DNA of 64,000 nt, taken from NCBI GenBank assembly GCA_040220235.1, contig JAVJTO010000081.1; one strand, written 5' to 3'. Positions 50,119-60,600 of this stretch are shown piece after piece. Numbering within the stretch: position 1 is the first letter of the stretch; each line of letters opens with the position of its first letter. The notes below the pieces were generated by a model that was not told the origin of the DNA, made no database searches, and saw only the letters and a list, made by a program, of their open reading frames with translations. The position numbers were made by a program, and so were the translations under genes. Source of the stretch: Coleofasciculus sp. B1-GNL1-01. GTDB lineage: Bacteria > Cyanobacteriota > Cyanobacteriia > Cyanobacteriales > Coleofasciculaceae.

Positions 50119-50706
50119 TTATGCTTCATCCGCCATCATCCTAGCTTTCTCCCTAGCCTTCTCCTTTCCTGGAGGTAATGGCGATTTATCTCGGTCATGG
50201 AGTTTCACAAAGCTATCAAAGGAATACCAAGCAAACGTAATCCAAGGAACCTCATCTAGTTGTAATCCTTTGGTCAGTAACTGTCGTACCGCCAACGCGC
50301 CAAATCCTATGGATAAAAACACCTGTAAATCGGCTACTCCATTGGTTAACCGTTTCACTTGTTCATTAAGGTCATCCATTGAATCCATGACCTCAGTAAA
50401 TGCTTGGGCTTTTGTATGAGGAACATAGGTGGGTTGGGCTTTCCCATTGGCTTCTGCTTGCTGTTGTTCCCCTAAATCCGCCTGAATTTCCGCCATCGCA
50501 TCATCGAGGCGTTCTCTGGCTTGGGCTACGGCTTCCTGACAGCGTTGGGAAAAAGCAATGCTTTCTTTAAGTGCAGCTTTAGCTAACGGCTGTTCCAGTA
50601 TCGCGGCGGCGGGAAGTACAATTGGTGCGAGTGCGATCGCACTGAGTCCTTCTATCGTTAATGTCTCTGTTGCGTCTTGAGTTTCATAGTCTGACGCCAT
50701 GATCAA
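50119..50706 (-). CDS. DUF5132-like protein with C-terminal membrane segment
   Basis: LAP..LP.......PLAKA..K..I......EA.A.A.E...D..AE motif; C-terminal G..DL......G..A.RQL.....PW....WY.F..F. Confidence 0.7.
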   Translation of the reverse strand: MIMASDYETQDATETLTIEGLSAIALAPIVLPAAAILEQPLAKAALKESIAFSQRCQEAVAQARERLDDAMAEIQADLGEQQQAEANGKAQPTYVPHTKAQAFTEVMDSMDDLNEQVKRLTNGVADLQVFLSIGFGALAVRQLLTKGLQLDEVPWITFAWYSFDSFVKLHDRDKSPLPPGKEKAREKARMMADEA

Positions 50707-50898
50707 GCCTCCTCTGATTACCCACAGAGGAACTGTAATTCAATTTATTTTTGAATTCATCACTCTTTAGATTTAGATTAGAAAAGATTCCCGGACAAAC
50801 CAATGTTAACTAGATCACAAAGTTAGATAAGAAAAGGATATTCATGGTTCATCGTTGATGGTTGATAGCGATGAACTATGAACCATCAACCCTGACAA

Positions 50899-51693
50899 TT
50901 ATTGGAAGTTATAACCGACTCCCACCAACAGTCCGATCGCGGGATCATCAAACAGGGAGGCGCTGAGGGAAGCCGTTGCTGTCACTTGAGTCGTCAACGG
51001 TACATCCACACCTCCCGTAGCCAACAAATCCACTGAACTGTCATCTCCTGTAGAGATAGCGATTCCAGCGCCAACATAAGGAGAGACTCTAGCGCCCAAG
51101 TCGTCGGTTACATCGACAGTCACGTCGGTGACAGCAGGGGTAAAGTCGAGGGTTACAGGTAGCAAAATTGTCGGATTATCTTCGATAAGCACTGATGGAC
51201 GAACCGATACATTGCTAGTTAAGCCAATTTTGCTGAAGACAGCGAAGCTTCCTTCACCCAGCGCCGTATCACCATCTCCCACTCCGATATTACCGCCAAT
51301 TCCGATATAGCTAGAACCTGAACGAGTTGTTCTACCTGGCGATACATCTGTTGTATCAATGTCCAAGGGTTCCGTCGGAGCATCCGGTGGAGGTACGGTT
51401 TGTTGAGCTAGGTTTGGCGGAGGAGTCGCGGGGAGTCTATCGCCTGTATCGGGAGTTGGGTTGAGTTCTAGAGGAGTGCTTGGGAATCGCTTCTGATCGA
51501 GAGAAATTGCACGTCCAGGAGATTTTAAACTCTCCGCACTGGTTGAAACATTTTGCCACGGATAAGGTGAATCCATTCCCTGGTGAGGAGAGGATTCTGC
51601 CGTTTCCGCTCGAACTGATAATATACTCGACACTATCATCAACGCGACAGTAGTGACTAAAGAACAAGTTTGTCTGAAAGCGAAACTATTCAC
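50899..51693 (-). CDS. Putative small outer-membrane beta-barrel protein
   Basis: Signal peptide, Pro-rich linker, SYIG.GGNIG, PYVGAG and terminal VGVGYNF. Confidence 0.75.
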   Translation of the reverse strand: MNSFAFRQTCSLVTTVALMIVSSILSVRAETAESSPHQGMDSPYPWQNVSTSAESLKSPGRAISLDQKRFPSTPLELNPTPDTGDRLPATPPPNLAQQTVPPPDAPTEPLDIDTTDVSPGRTTRSGSSYIGIGGNIGVGDGDTALGEGSFAVFSKIGLTSNVSVRPSVLIEDNPTILLPVTLDFTPAVTDVTVDVTDDLGARVSPYVGAGIAISTGDDSSVDLLATGGVDVPLTTQVTATASLSASLFDDPAIGLLVGVGYNFQ

Positions 51694-51859
51694 ACGTATA
51701 CCTTCTGAGTAAAGAAATCATTTAAAAACGTGCGATTAAGGCTTCCGGGTATCCTTAGCTACCAAATTTGGAAGAAAATGGCACGATTCACTAGATTTAG
51801 CTAAAAGAAGCTTACCTGTGATCAGTTCGTTTGACTTCTACCCAGAGAAAAACATAATA

Positions 51860-51875
51860 TCTACCTTAAGGTAGA
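51860..51875. promoter_or_regulatory. Perfect 16-bp palindrome TCTACCTTAAGGTAGA, candidate operator
   Basis: Lies in a divergent promoter region; degenerate copies at 51837 and 51969. Confidence 0.5.
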
Positions 51876-52048
51876 GGGTAAATCAGGAAAAAACTCCTAA
51901 AGCGTTGGTCTAAGTAATTGGGGAACAGGGAACAGCAAAGACTTTAAAATTCAACATTCAATCATGTTTCTACCTTAAGTTGAATTGCCTGTTTCGCTGA
52001 ATTCAGTTAACAATGCCAGTGAGGGACGCCTAAGGGGAACAAATTATT

Positions 52049-53263
52049 ATGGATATTAGTACAGTTTGGGAAGACTTAGCTTGGCAACAAGGTGGCAAGA
52101 TTGTCTATTTAATTCTAGATGGGGTGGGCGGATTGTCTGATCCAGACAAAGGTGGGACAGAATTACAAGTCGCCCAGACACCGAATTTAGACCAATTAGC
52201 AAACGAATCCAGTTGTGGTCTATTGGAAATTGTTGGTCCAGGAATTACACCCGGTAGTGGTCCGGGTCATTTGTCTTTATTTGGTTATGATCCCCTGAAA
52301 TATAATGTGGGTCGCGGTGTTTTATCGGCATTGGGAATCGAGTTTGACCTGAAGGAAAATGATATCGCAGCGCGGGTTAATTTTGCCACGATTGATAAAC
52401 AGGGTAATGTTTCCGATAGACGGGCGGGTCGAATTGCCACTGATGTGAATCGTCGTCTTTGTGAAAAGATTCGGGACAAGGTTAGCTTGGATGTTGAAGG
52501 GGACTATTTCTTTGAAACCGTCAGCGAACACCGGGCGGTATTTGTGTTGCGAGGTCAGGGATTAGGAGGAAATTTACCGGATACTGATCCGCAAACCACA
52601 GGGGTTCCGGCTAAAGATCCGACACCTGAATCAGAAGACTCCAAGAAAACCGCCGAATTAGTGCGATCGTTTATTGATCAGGTACAGCAGGTTTTAGCCG
52701 ATGAAGACCAAGCTACTGGGATTTTAATGCGCGGGTTTGAGAAATATCAACCCTTGCCCGCTATCCGCGATCGCTTTAAACTTGATGGGGTTTGTGTGGC
52801 TGATTATCCCATGTATCGCGGCGTGAGTCGCTTAATCGGCATGGATGTTGTGCCGCGTCCCGGCGGCATGAAGCAACGGTTTCAAGTGCTACAAGATGTC
52901 TATGGGGAGAAGTACAACTTCTATTTCCTCCATGTTAAACATTCTGATAGTAAGGGAGAAGATAGTAACTTCGAGGGTAAGGTAAAAGTCATTGAAGAAG
53001 TAGATCAGCTTTTGCCGTTGGTTACTGGACTCAATCCCGATGTTATAGTCGTGAGTGCGGATCATTCCACCCCGGCGGTAATGGGACAACACAGTTGGCA
53101 TCCTGTGCCCGTAATGATTCATAGTAAATATGCCAAAGTGGATGATGTCGCAACATTTGATGAATATGCTTGTGGGCGGGGGACGTTAGGATTGCGTCCT
53201 GGAGTGCAGTTGATCGGGTTAGCGTTGGCACATGCGGGACGATTACGCAAGTACGGGGCGTAA
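52049..53263 (+). CDS. apgM: 2,3-bisphosphoglycerate-independent phosphoglycerate mutase (ApgM type)
   Basis: LDGVGG, TPNLD, PGSGPGHL.LFGYDP, DRRAGRI, H.K..D, ADHSTP and HSWHPVP. Confidence 0.92.
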   Translation: MDISTVWEDLAWQQGGKIVYLILDGVGGLSDPDKGGTELQVAQTPNLDQLANESSCGLLEIVGPGITPGSGPGHLSLFGYDPLKYNVGRGVLSALGIEFDLKENDIAARVNFATIDKQGNVSDRRAGRIATDVNRRLCEKIRDKVSLDVEGDYFFETVSEHRAVFVLRGQGLGGNLPDTDPQTTGVPAKDPTPESEDSKKTAELVRSFIDQVQQVLADEDQATGILMRGFEKYQPLPAIRDRFKLDGVCVADYPMYRGVSRLIGMDVVPRPGGMKQRFQVLQDVYGEKYNFYFLHVKHSDSKGEDSNFEGKVKVIEEVDQLLPLVTGLNPDVIVVSADHSTPAVMGQHSWHPVPVMIHSKYAKVDDVATFDEYACGRGTLGLRPGVQLIGLALAHAGRLRKYGA

Positions 53264-53754
53264 TTCATCAACATAAATCCGACACGTAGGGGCGCATAGC
53301 GATGCGCCCTTCCCATAGCGATACGCCCTCGGCATAGCAATGCGCCCTTCAAAGTGAGAAAGAGGGAAACAGCAGGGCGGAGCAGCATTTTCTTTTATAA
53401 AGATTGTATGAAGCTAAGACTTCTACTTCTATTGGAACAAGTATTAAATTCAATTATCTGTCCGACGAAATCTGGCAGGTATATGAAGAGTATTTATTTA
53501 AATTTTGTAAATAATTTTCAGGACATTAGTCAGAAGCTAACGAATTATAGCTGTTTTTCTGGTCAAATCGATAGTTTTCACTTACTCATAAAAATTAATA
53601 TTTCTTAAACTTGATAAGCTTGTTTAATTTGTGCCGATATGAAAACCATGTGAAGATTAAACTTTATCAAAATTTTATGTTTGAGTTGGCGGTAATATAT
53701 ACCTATAGGGAAAATTCCAGCAAGTAAACGGCTAGGACGGAGTGTATTGTCGAT

Positions 53755-54534
53755 ATGGTTAACCTTCCTCAAAAAATAGCAGCAATAACCGCTGGTGCAG
53801 TTTTGGGATGTTTAGCATTAGAGGCTAAACCAGCACAAGCCGCCGAGTTTTATGATTATGCCGAGTTTGAATTTGTATTTGAAGATGAATATTTTGGCGG
53901 AGGATCGTTATCGTTTGAGGTCGTCAATGATAATCTCAGTGCCATTCAAAAATTATTAGCAGGTGTTGACACAAAAGAAATTAGTTTAGAGGAGTTAAAA
54001 GCAGCAACAACTAATCTATATTTTGATTTTACTTATGATGGATTGTGGTATTATCCATACAGGGAAATCGATTTGGGTGGAGGGAATGGAAATTGGACGA
54101 GTAATAGTTTAATCAGTGATCCTATTTTTACGTTTAATTCAGGTGAATTAGTAGGTCTAGAACTAGAATTACCAACTAACATTACTTCTTATGATTATGG
54201 TGGCTCTTCTGGACACCAAGAGTATTCGGGAGAATATACGGCCTATAACAATCTTTTTATTGATGGGGAGCAGTTTTCCCAGGAAATAGATGTAGATGAT
54301 TACTGGTGTAGCACTGTATACTATCCTCCATATCCAGTTACCACTGAATGCTATGGACCTGAATCGTTTTACAGTTATGATTATACAGGTGACATCAATT
54401 TCACTACGATTGATCCCCTCGAACTCCCCCCTCAAAGTGTTCCAGAACCCAGCACCTTAGCGGGTTTATCCTTACTCAGTCTAGGTTTACTTATGAAGAA
54501 AAAAAACGTTAATAATCGTCAGAAAAGAGACTGA
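53755..54534 (+). CDS. PEP-CTERM sorting domain protein
   Basis: Signal peptide (PAQA) and C-terminal VPEPS + TM + KKK; Tyr/acid-rich body. Confidence 0.9.
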   Translation: MVNLPQKIAAITAGAVLGCLALEAKPAQAAEFYDYAEFEFVFEDEYFGGGSLSFEVVNDNLSAIQKLLAGVDTKEISLEELKAATTNLYFDFTYDGLWYYPYREIDLGGGNGNWTSNSLISDPIFTFNSGELVGLELELPTNITSYDYGGSSGHQEYSGEYTAYNNLFIDGEQFSQEIDVDDYWCSTVYYPPYPVTTECYGPESFYSYDYTGDINFTTIDPLELPPQSVPEPSTLAGLSLLSLGLLMKKKNVNNRQKRD

Positions 54535-54672
54535 AGATAAATTAAAAAACGGATACGGAAATGTGATAGGTGCGGATATCCAATCCGCTAGCATCAACCT
54601 TTTCTCTGCCCCGATTGTAGAGACGTTGCATGCAACGTCTCTACAATGTTGGTGTTGGTGAGCCGAAAAGGG

Positions 54673-54825
54673 GTGAAATATTTTCGTTCTGGCGAACACT
54701 ATAGGATGATCAGATTGGCGTATTTAACAGCAGCAGAAACCGTGCAAGTAGGGATAATGTGTGCGTCACCGGAATGGGAAGGGTTTCAAGTCATCTTGGA
54801 AAATTTCCATATCCAGGCACTTTAA
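54673..54825 (+). pseudogene. 3' fragment of a DUF1349-like gene
   Basis: Manual translation VKYFRSGEHYRMIRLAYLTAAETVQVGIMCASPEWEGFQVILENFHIQAL*. Confidence 0.55.
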
Positions 54826-54960
54826 ACATTGAATCAGAAAGGAGATGGAAACGGTACGCGATCGCAGATAAAATAAACTAAGGTTGGACACTCCCGGTGA
54901 ACATCCGCTACATCCGCGACAACATCCACTGCTAACGTTTAAGGAAACCGATGCCTTCCC

Positions 54961-55126
54961 CATTTGATGAATATGCTTGTGGGCGGGGGATGTTAGGATT
55001 GCGTCCTGGAGTGCAGTTGATCGGGTTAGCGTTGGCACATGCGGGACGATTACGCAAGTACGGGGCGTAATTCATCAACATAAATCCGACACGTAGGGGC
55101 GCATAGCGATGCGCCCTTCCCATAGC
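54961..55126 (+). repeat. 166-bp direct repeat of the apgM 3' end and trailer (53154-53319)
   Basis: Base-by-base comparison shows one mismatch. Confidence 0.95.
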
Positions 55127-55477
55127 TTTGTTTGTGTGGTTCCGCGATTTCAATCGCCTCCTCATACCGAGTTGCGTTCTATCATGTCATTCTGAGCGAA
55201 GCGAAGAATCTGGATAGATGCTTCGCGTCACTCCGTTTCACTGCGTTCTGCTCAGCATGACAGATTCTACGTTAGACTGCAACTTGGTATCAGCTATTGG
55301 GGAAGCTTGAGAGAGGGGAGCACGAGGAGAGCAGTTTTTCAAACATGTTGTTGAAGCGTCTGGAATAGGGGGAAAGTAGGGGTAGATTTAGGTGATTCCG
55401 TTTCAGGGTACTTTAGCGTAAAATCGAAACATAAGTACATAATTAGAACTAAAACGCAACAGGGGCATCTGTCAACG

Positions 55478-55765
55478 ATGGAAAGTAAAAGCACTCAAAG
55501 TCAGCCAGATATGAAAAAACCTGAAATGCAAATGAGACGGATTACCAGTTATCAGGCACTGTGGAGACCCCTGGATAATAAAGGTCACTTTTGGTTTACC
55601 TATTTTGATGGCGACAGAGAACGCACAGAAGATTTAGATGCAGACAATTTCCGAATCATGCTCGATATCTTAGATACAGAGAAGCCGATTTTCGGCGATC
55701 ACTCCACATCTGCTGTTGCCGTACATTGGCCCGACAATGATATCCAGACTGGAGCATGGGCATAA
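55478..55765 (+). CDS. Hypothetical protein (paralogue 1)
   Basis: Shares RITSYQALW..L.N.GHFWFTY.DG..ERT.DLDA.NF...L..L.T.KPIF.D with the 56170 ORF. Confidence 0.78.
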   Translation: MESKSTQSQPDMKKPEMQMRRITSYQALWRPLDNKGHFWFTYFDGDRERTEDLDADNFRIMLDILDTEKPIFGDHSTSAVAVHWPDNDIQTGAWA

Positions 55766-56169
55766 TTGGAACAGAGATAGGCAAGATGGGGGAGGTGAAA
55801 AAAGGAAAGTGTTGTGAAGGGGCGAGTTTTATAGCAGTACCAAGACAGGTTAGGACATTTTTCCCTGTTCCCTGTTCCCTGTGACACACCGAACGTGTTA
55901 CCGAGCGGAGTCGAGGTAAGTCGAGCTGTTCCCTGTTCCCTCTTGGGATCAACTGATGTGCTAACGTATCCTCGTAGTGCTATACAACTATCATTTTTAA
56001 CCTCTCCCAGATGCCACTAAACCCGCCCCGATTAAGTGCAAGCATTAAAGAGAGATTCCCTCATTCCCTCATTCCCTCATTTATCTTGGAATCCTGGAGC
56101 CATCTGCCATCTGCCTTGGGCAGTACCAACGTGTAAGTATTCAACCGGACATGATATGAAGCAGGTGGG

Positions 56170-56415
56170 ATGAAACGAATTACCAGCTATCAGGCATTGT
56201 GGAAATCTCTGGAAAACCAAGGTCACTTTTGGTTTACTTATGCTGATGGTGAACAAGAACGCACCGCTGATTTAGATGCCAAGAACTTCCAGATGATTCT
56301 GGAAATGCTGGGAACCCAGAAGCCAATTTTCGCCGATCGCACTACCTCAACAGTGGAATTACACGGGGAGGTTTCCCAGAAACGCCTAACGGTTCTGCTG
56401 AAAGACGCGCCTTGA
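56170..56415 (+). CDS. Hypothetical protein (paralogue 2)
   Basis: Protein-level conservation with the 55478 ORF despite many third-position changes. Confidence 0.78.
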   Translation: MKRITSYQALWKSLENQGHFWFTYADGEQERTADLDAKNFQMILEMLGTQKPIFADRTTSTVELHGEVSQKRLTVLLKDAP

Positions 56416-56678
56416 GGAGGGGAGATGAGGGAGATGGGGGAGATGAGGGAGATGAGGGAGATGAGGGAGATGGGGAAGATGAGGAAGCAAAGGACGAATG
56501 ACAAAGGACAAAGGACAAAGGACAAAGGACAAAGGACAAAGGACAAAGGACAAAGGACAATCCTCACCCCTGATGACTGAGTGAGAGAACTCGATCTAAC
56601 ACAATTGTTAAGATATTTCACCAATGATGCCGTTCCCCGGAATAATGATATAAGGAGAATTTTATTGGAGAGGTTGTT

Positions 56679-57251
56679 ATGGCTTACGTATGCGAGATAG
56701 GCACGGGCCAAAGAGTTTACCTCGATAATCAAGGAACACAAACCGTTGTCACCACCCTCAGTGGAAGTCCCGGACAGCAGCAACAAGCCAGTAACGGGTT
56801 TCAAACGGGAAACTGGACATCACCGCCGGAGATATACCGCACGCCTAACGGTGTGGTGTTAAAGATTTCGACAGCGCAAGGTGACCATTTCATCCAAGTG
56901 CAAGGAAGCAGCATGAGTGTGATCAGTGGAACTCCCTCTATGGGTAGTTCCCAACAAATGCAAGTGCAACAAGTCGATAGCACACCCGCTTCATCCATGC
57001 CTTCAATGGAACCGATGCAGCCGATGGAACCAATGAAACCCATGGAACCGATGAAGCCGATGAATATGGGAGACATGCAAATGAACATGAACCCCATGGA
57101 AATGCGGATGGGCAATATGGAGATGCGGATGGGATCACCAATGTCATCATCATCTTCAGCCCAAAGCAGCAAACGGTTTTGCCCTCAATGCGGCTCATCC
57201 CTGACGCCTAGCGATCGCTTTTGTTCAAGTTGCGGACATCAGCTAAATTAA
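56679..57251 (+). CDS. Zinc-ribbon protein with Met/Pro-rich repeat region
   Basis: GGAGAGG RBS; (M.P)n tract; C-terminal FCPQCG......DRFCSSCG. Confidence 0.88.
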   Translation: MAYVCEIGTGQRVYLDNQGTQTVVTTLSGSPGQQQQASNGFQTGNWTSPPEIYRTPNGVVLKISTAQGDHFIQVQGSSMSVISGTPSMGSSQQMQVQQVDSTPASSMPSMEPMQPMEPMKPMEPMKPMNMGDMQMNMNPMEMRMGNMEMRMGSPMSSSSSAQSSKRFCPQCGSSLTPSDRFCSSCGHQLN

Positions 57252-57680
57252 CTGCGATCGAAGAAACTCGAACAAGGTACACCATCGATTGTCAAGTCAT
57301 CGTGGTGTAGCATAGCTAATTCGGTGGATTAGATTTCGTTGGGTTTCCTTGCGTCAACCCAACCTACAACTTCCATTCAGAAACCGTAGGGGCGCATAGC
57401 GTGCGCCCATAAAATCGACAAAGCTAATCCACCATTTTAGGTGTGTCAATCCAGTCGGTTGGATTTAACTCAGATCTTGCCATTGTGTAGGTTGGATTTC
57501 GACTTCGCTCAACCCAACAAAATCTGGTTTGCTTCCAAACTCTAATCCAACCTACGCCTTAACATAAGTAGTCGGACAAAACTAATGTTGACGGTTGGGA
57601 TGAGGCAACAGGCATAACGAATGACAAATGACAAATGACAAATGACAAATGACAAATGACATAAGATAAAAGGATGACCA

Positions 57681-60600
57681 ATGCCGATTAAAGTTAGCCT
57701 AAATCATCAACTTGCTTATCACTTCCAGCGCCCCGTTATTCTTGGTCCTCACACCCTAGGATTACATCCATCCCCTCACTGTCGCACACCCATTCAAAGT
57801 TATTCTCTAACCATCCAGCCTCAAGAGCATAGTTTAACCTGGCAAAATGATCCCTACGGGAACCGCCTAGTCCGCTTGAATTTCCCCAAGCCTACCGATA
57901 CTCTCGCGATTGAAGTCGATATTATTGCCCAACTGCAACCGATTAATCCCTTCAATTTCTTAGTTGAACAGTATGCTGAACGCTATCCCTTTAACTATGA
58001 TCCCCACCTCCAAAAAGAACTGAGTCCCTTCCTAGATATCAGCGAATCAGGAAAACTTTTATCTGGTTGGGTAGAAGAAAATCGAAAAAATGATATCTAC
58101 ATTACCGGATTTTTAGGGGCAATTAATCAACAGCTTGCCCAAGATATTACTCATACTATCCGGTTAGAAACTGGGATTCAATCCTGCGAAGAAACCCTGA
58201 CCAAAAAAGTCGGTTCTTGTCGCGATACCGCCTGGTTACTGGTGCAAATCTTGCGACATTATGGTTTAGCGGCGCGATTTGTTTCCGGCTATCTGATTCA
58301 ACTCAAAGCAGACAATCCCCCTGTTGATGGACCCCCAGGCATCGAAGCCGATTGTGCCGATTTTCATGCTTGGGCAGAAGTCTATCTTCCCGGCGCTGGC
58401 TGGATTGGTTTAGATCCCACATCCGGGTACTTAGCGGCGGAAGGACATATTCCCCTCGTCTGTACTCCCAACCCAGAGGCGGCGTCTCCGGTGAGGGGTA
58501 CAAGTGAACCCTGCCCGTCTCGATTGGAGTTTGCGGTGAAGGTGTCGCGCCATGAGAACATCGCCAGCCCCAGTAAACCCTATACAGAAACCCAATGGCA
58601 ACAAATTGATCGCTTAGGCAAAGCGGTGGACGAAAGGCTACACCGTGCAGGTGTGGGCTTAACCATGGGAGGTGAACCCACTTTTGTCTCCATTGATGAC
58701 TTTGAATCTCCCCAATGGCAAATTGCCGCCCTCGGTGAGGAGAAACGCAAAATTGCTGGACAGTTACTCAAACGCTTAGAAGCCCGGTTTTCTAAGGGAG
58801 GAGGATTACTGCATTATGGGTTAGGAAAATGGTATCCGGGTGAGATTTTACCTCGGTGGGCATTAGGATGCTACTGGCGCAGTGATGGTACTCCGATTTG
58901 GCAGAATCGAGAGTGGTATGCAGAAGAAGGAAAGGATTATGGACATACAGCAAAACAGGGGGAGATATTTATTCAGGCGTTAGCGACGCATCTAGGTGTT
59001 AATCCTACCTGTATTATTCCGGCTTATGAAGATGAAGGAAACATCGGCGGGTATGTTTTACCAATATTACCTGTATTAAAAGATGAGCAATTGTATTGGA
59101 GTACCTGTCATTGGCGATTCCCTGATGAGAGGCTAAATTTGTTAGTGGGTGACTCTCCGGCTGGGTTCCGTTTACCCCTGAATTCCATCGATTGGTCTGA
59201 AGAATTGGTACAGGAAGGAATTGTCCCCTTGGAGGCGAATCCAGCCCGCCCCAGTCCGGAATTTATTGACTCGCCTGATAATACGATTCGGATTGGCTTA
59301 GGTGTAGAAGCTAGGCAAGGAATTTTGCATATCTTTCTCCCTCCTTTAACCTCGGCACGAAGTTTCTTAGATTTAATCACTGCGATTGAAGAAACAGCGG
59401 CAAAGGTGAAAATTCCAGTATTAATTGAAGGGTATACCCCTCCCGGTAATGGGGGAATTGAAGGGTTTCAAATTACCCCTGATCCAGGTGTGATTGAGGC
59501 GAATATTCATCCAGCCGGAAATTGGCAAGAATTGGTTGAAATTACCACAACCCTGCACGAAGAGGCGCGGCTTTGTCGTCTGGGAACTGAAAAATATACC
59601 TTAGATGGACGGCGGGTAAGTACGGGTGGTGGTGCCCATATTACGATTGGCGGCAAAACGCCCTTAGAGAGTCCCTTATTGCGGCGTCCGGATTTACTCA
59701 GGAGTTTGATTAGTTATTGGCAAAATCATCCCAGTTTATCCTATTTGTTTGCAGGATTATTTGTCGGACCCACCAGCCAGTCGCCCCGTGTGGATGAGGC
59801 GCGACATGAGAGTTTGTATGAGTTAGAGATTGCCTTTCAAACGTTACAACCGGGGGAGAAGGTAGCGCCAGAATTAGTAGACCGACTGTTACGAAATCTC
59901 TTAGTTGATGTAACGGGGAATACTCACCGCAGCGCTTTCTGTATTGATAAGCTATATCCGGTAGAAAATTACCGCAATCAGTTGGGATTATTAGAATTTC
60001 GGGCGTTTGCCATGCCTCCTAATATGAGAATGAGTTTACTCCAAATGTTGCTGATTCGGGCGCTAGTGGCGTGGTTTTGGGAGCATCCCTATACCCAGAA
60101 CTTAATTCGCTGGGGTACGATGTTGCACGATCGCTTTCTGTTACCGTACTACATTGGTGAGGATTTGCGACAGGTCATCGGTGAGTTACAGGAGGCGGGA
60201 TATCCGTTTCAATGGGAGTGGTTTGAGCCGTTTTTTGAGTTCCGGTTCCCGCGCTATGGCGAGATTAACCGAGAGGGCGTAGAGTTAGAATTACGACACG
60301 CGATCGAACCCTGGCACGTTTTAGGGGAAGAAACGGGTACTGGTGGAACGGCTCGTTATGTGGATTCTTCTATGGAACGGATACAGGTAAGATTGCGAGG
60401 AGCGATGGGACATTCCTCCAATCGAGATAATTTTTCCTCCCGTTATCAGGTGACTTGTAATGGGTATCCGGTGCCGTTAAAGTCTACCGAAACACCGGGA
60501 GACTATGTAGGTGGGGTACGCTTCCGCGCCAGGGAATATGCAGCTTTATTGCATCCTTCGATTAATTCGCATTCCCCGTTAGTCTTTGACATTGTAGATA

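Noticed and set aside
54766..55165. Minus-strand ORFs matching ORFs at 53043-53388
   Set aside because: Similarity is a by-product of the 166-bp apgM duplication, not a gene family
56238..56804. 188-aa and 72-aa minus-strand ORFs (LCPLSFV repeats)
   Set aside because: Translations of STRR tandem repeats that overlap better-supported plus-strand genes
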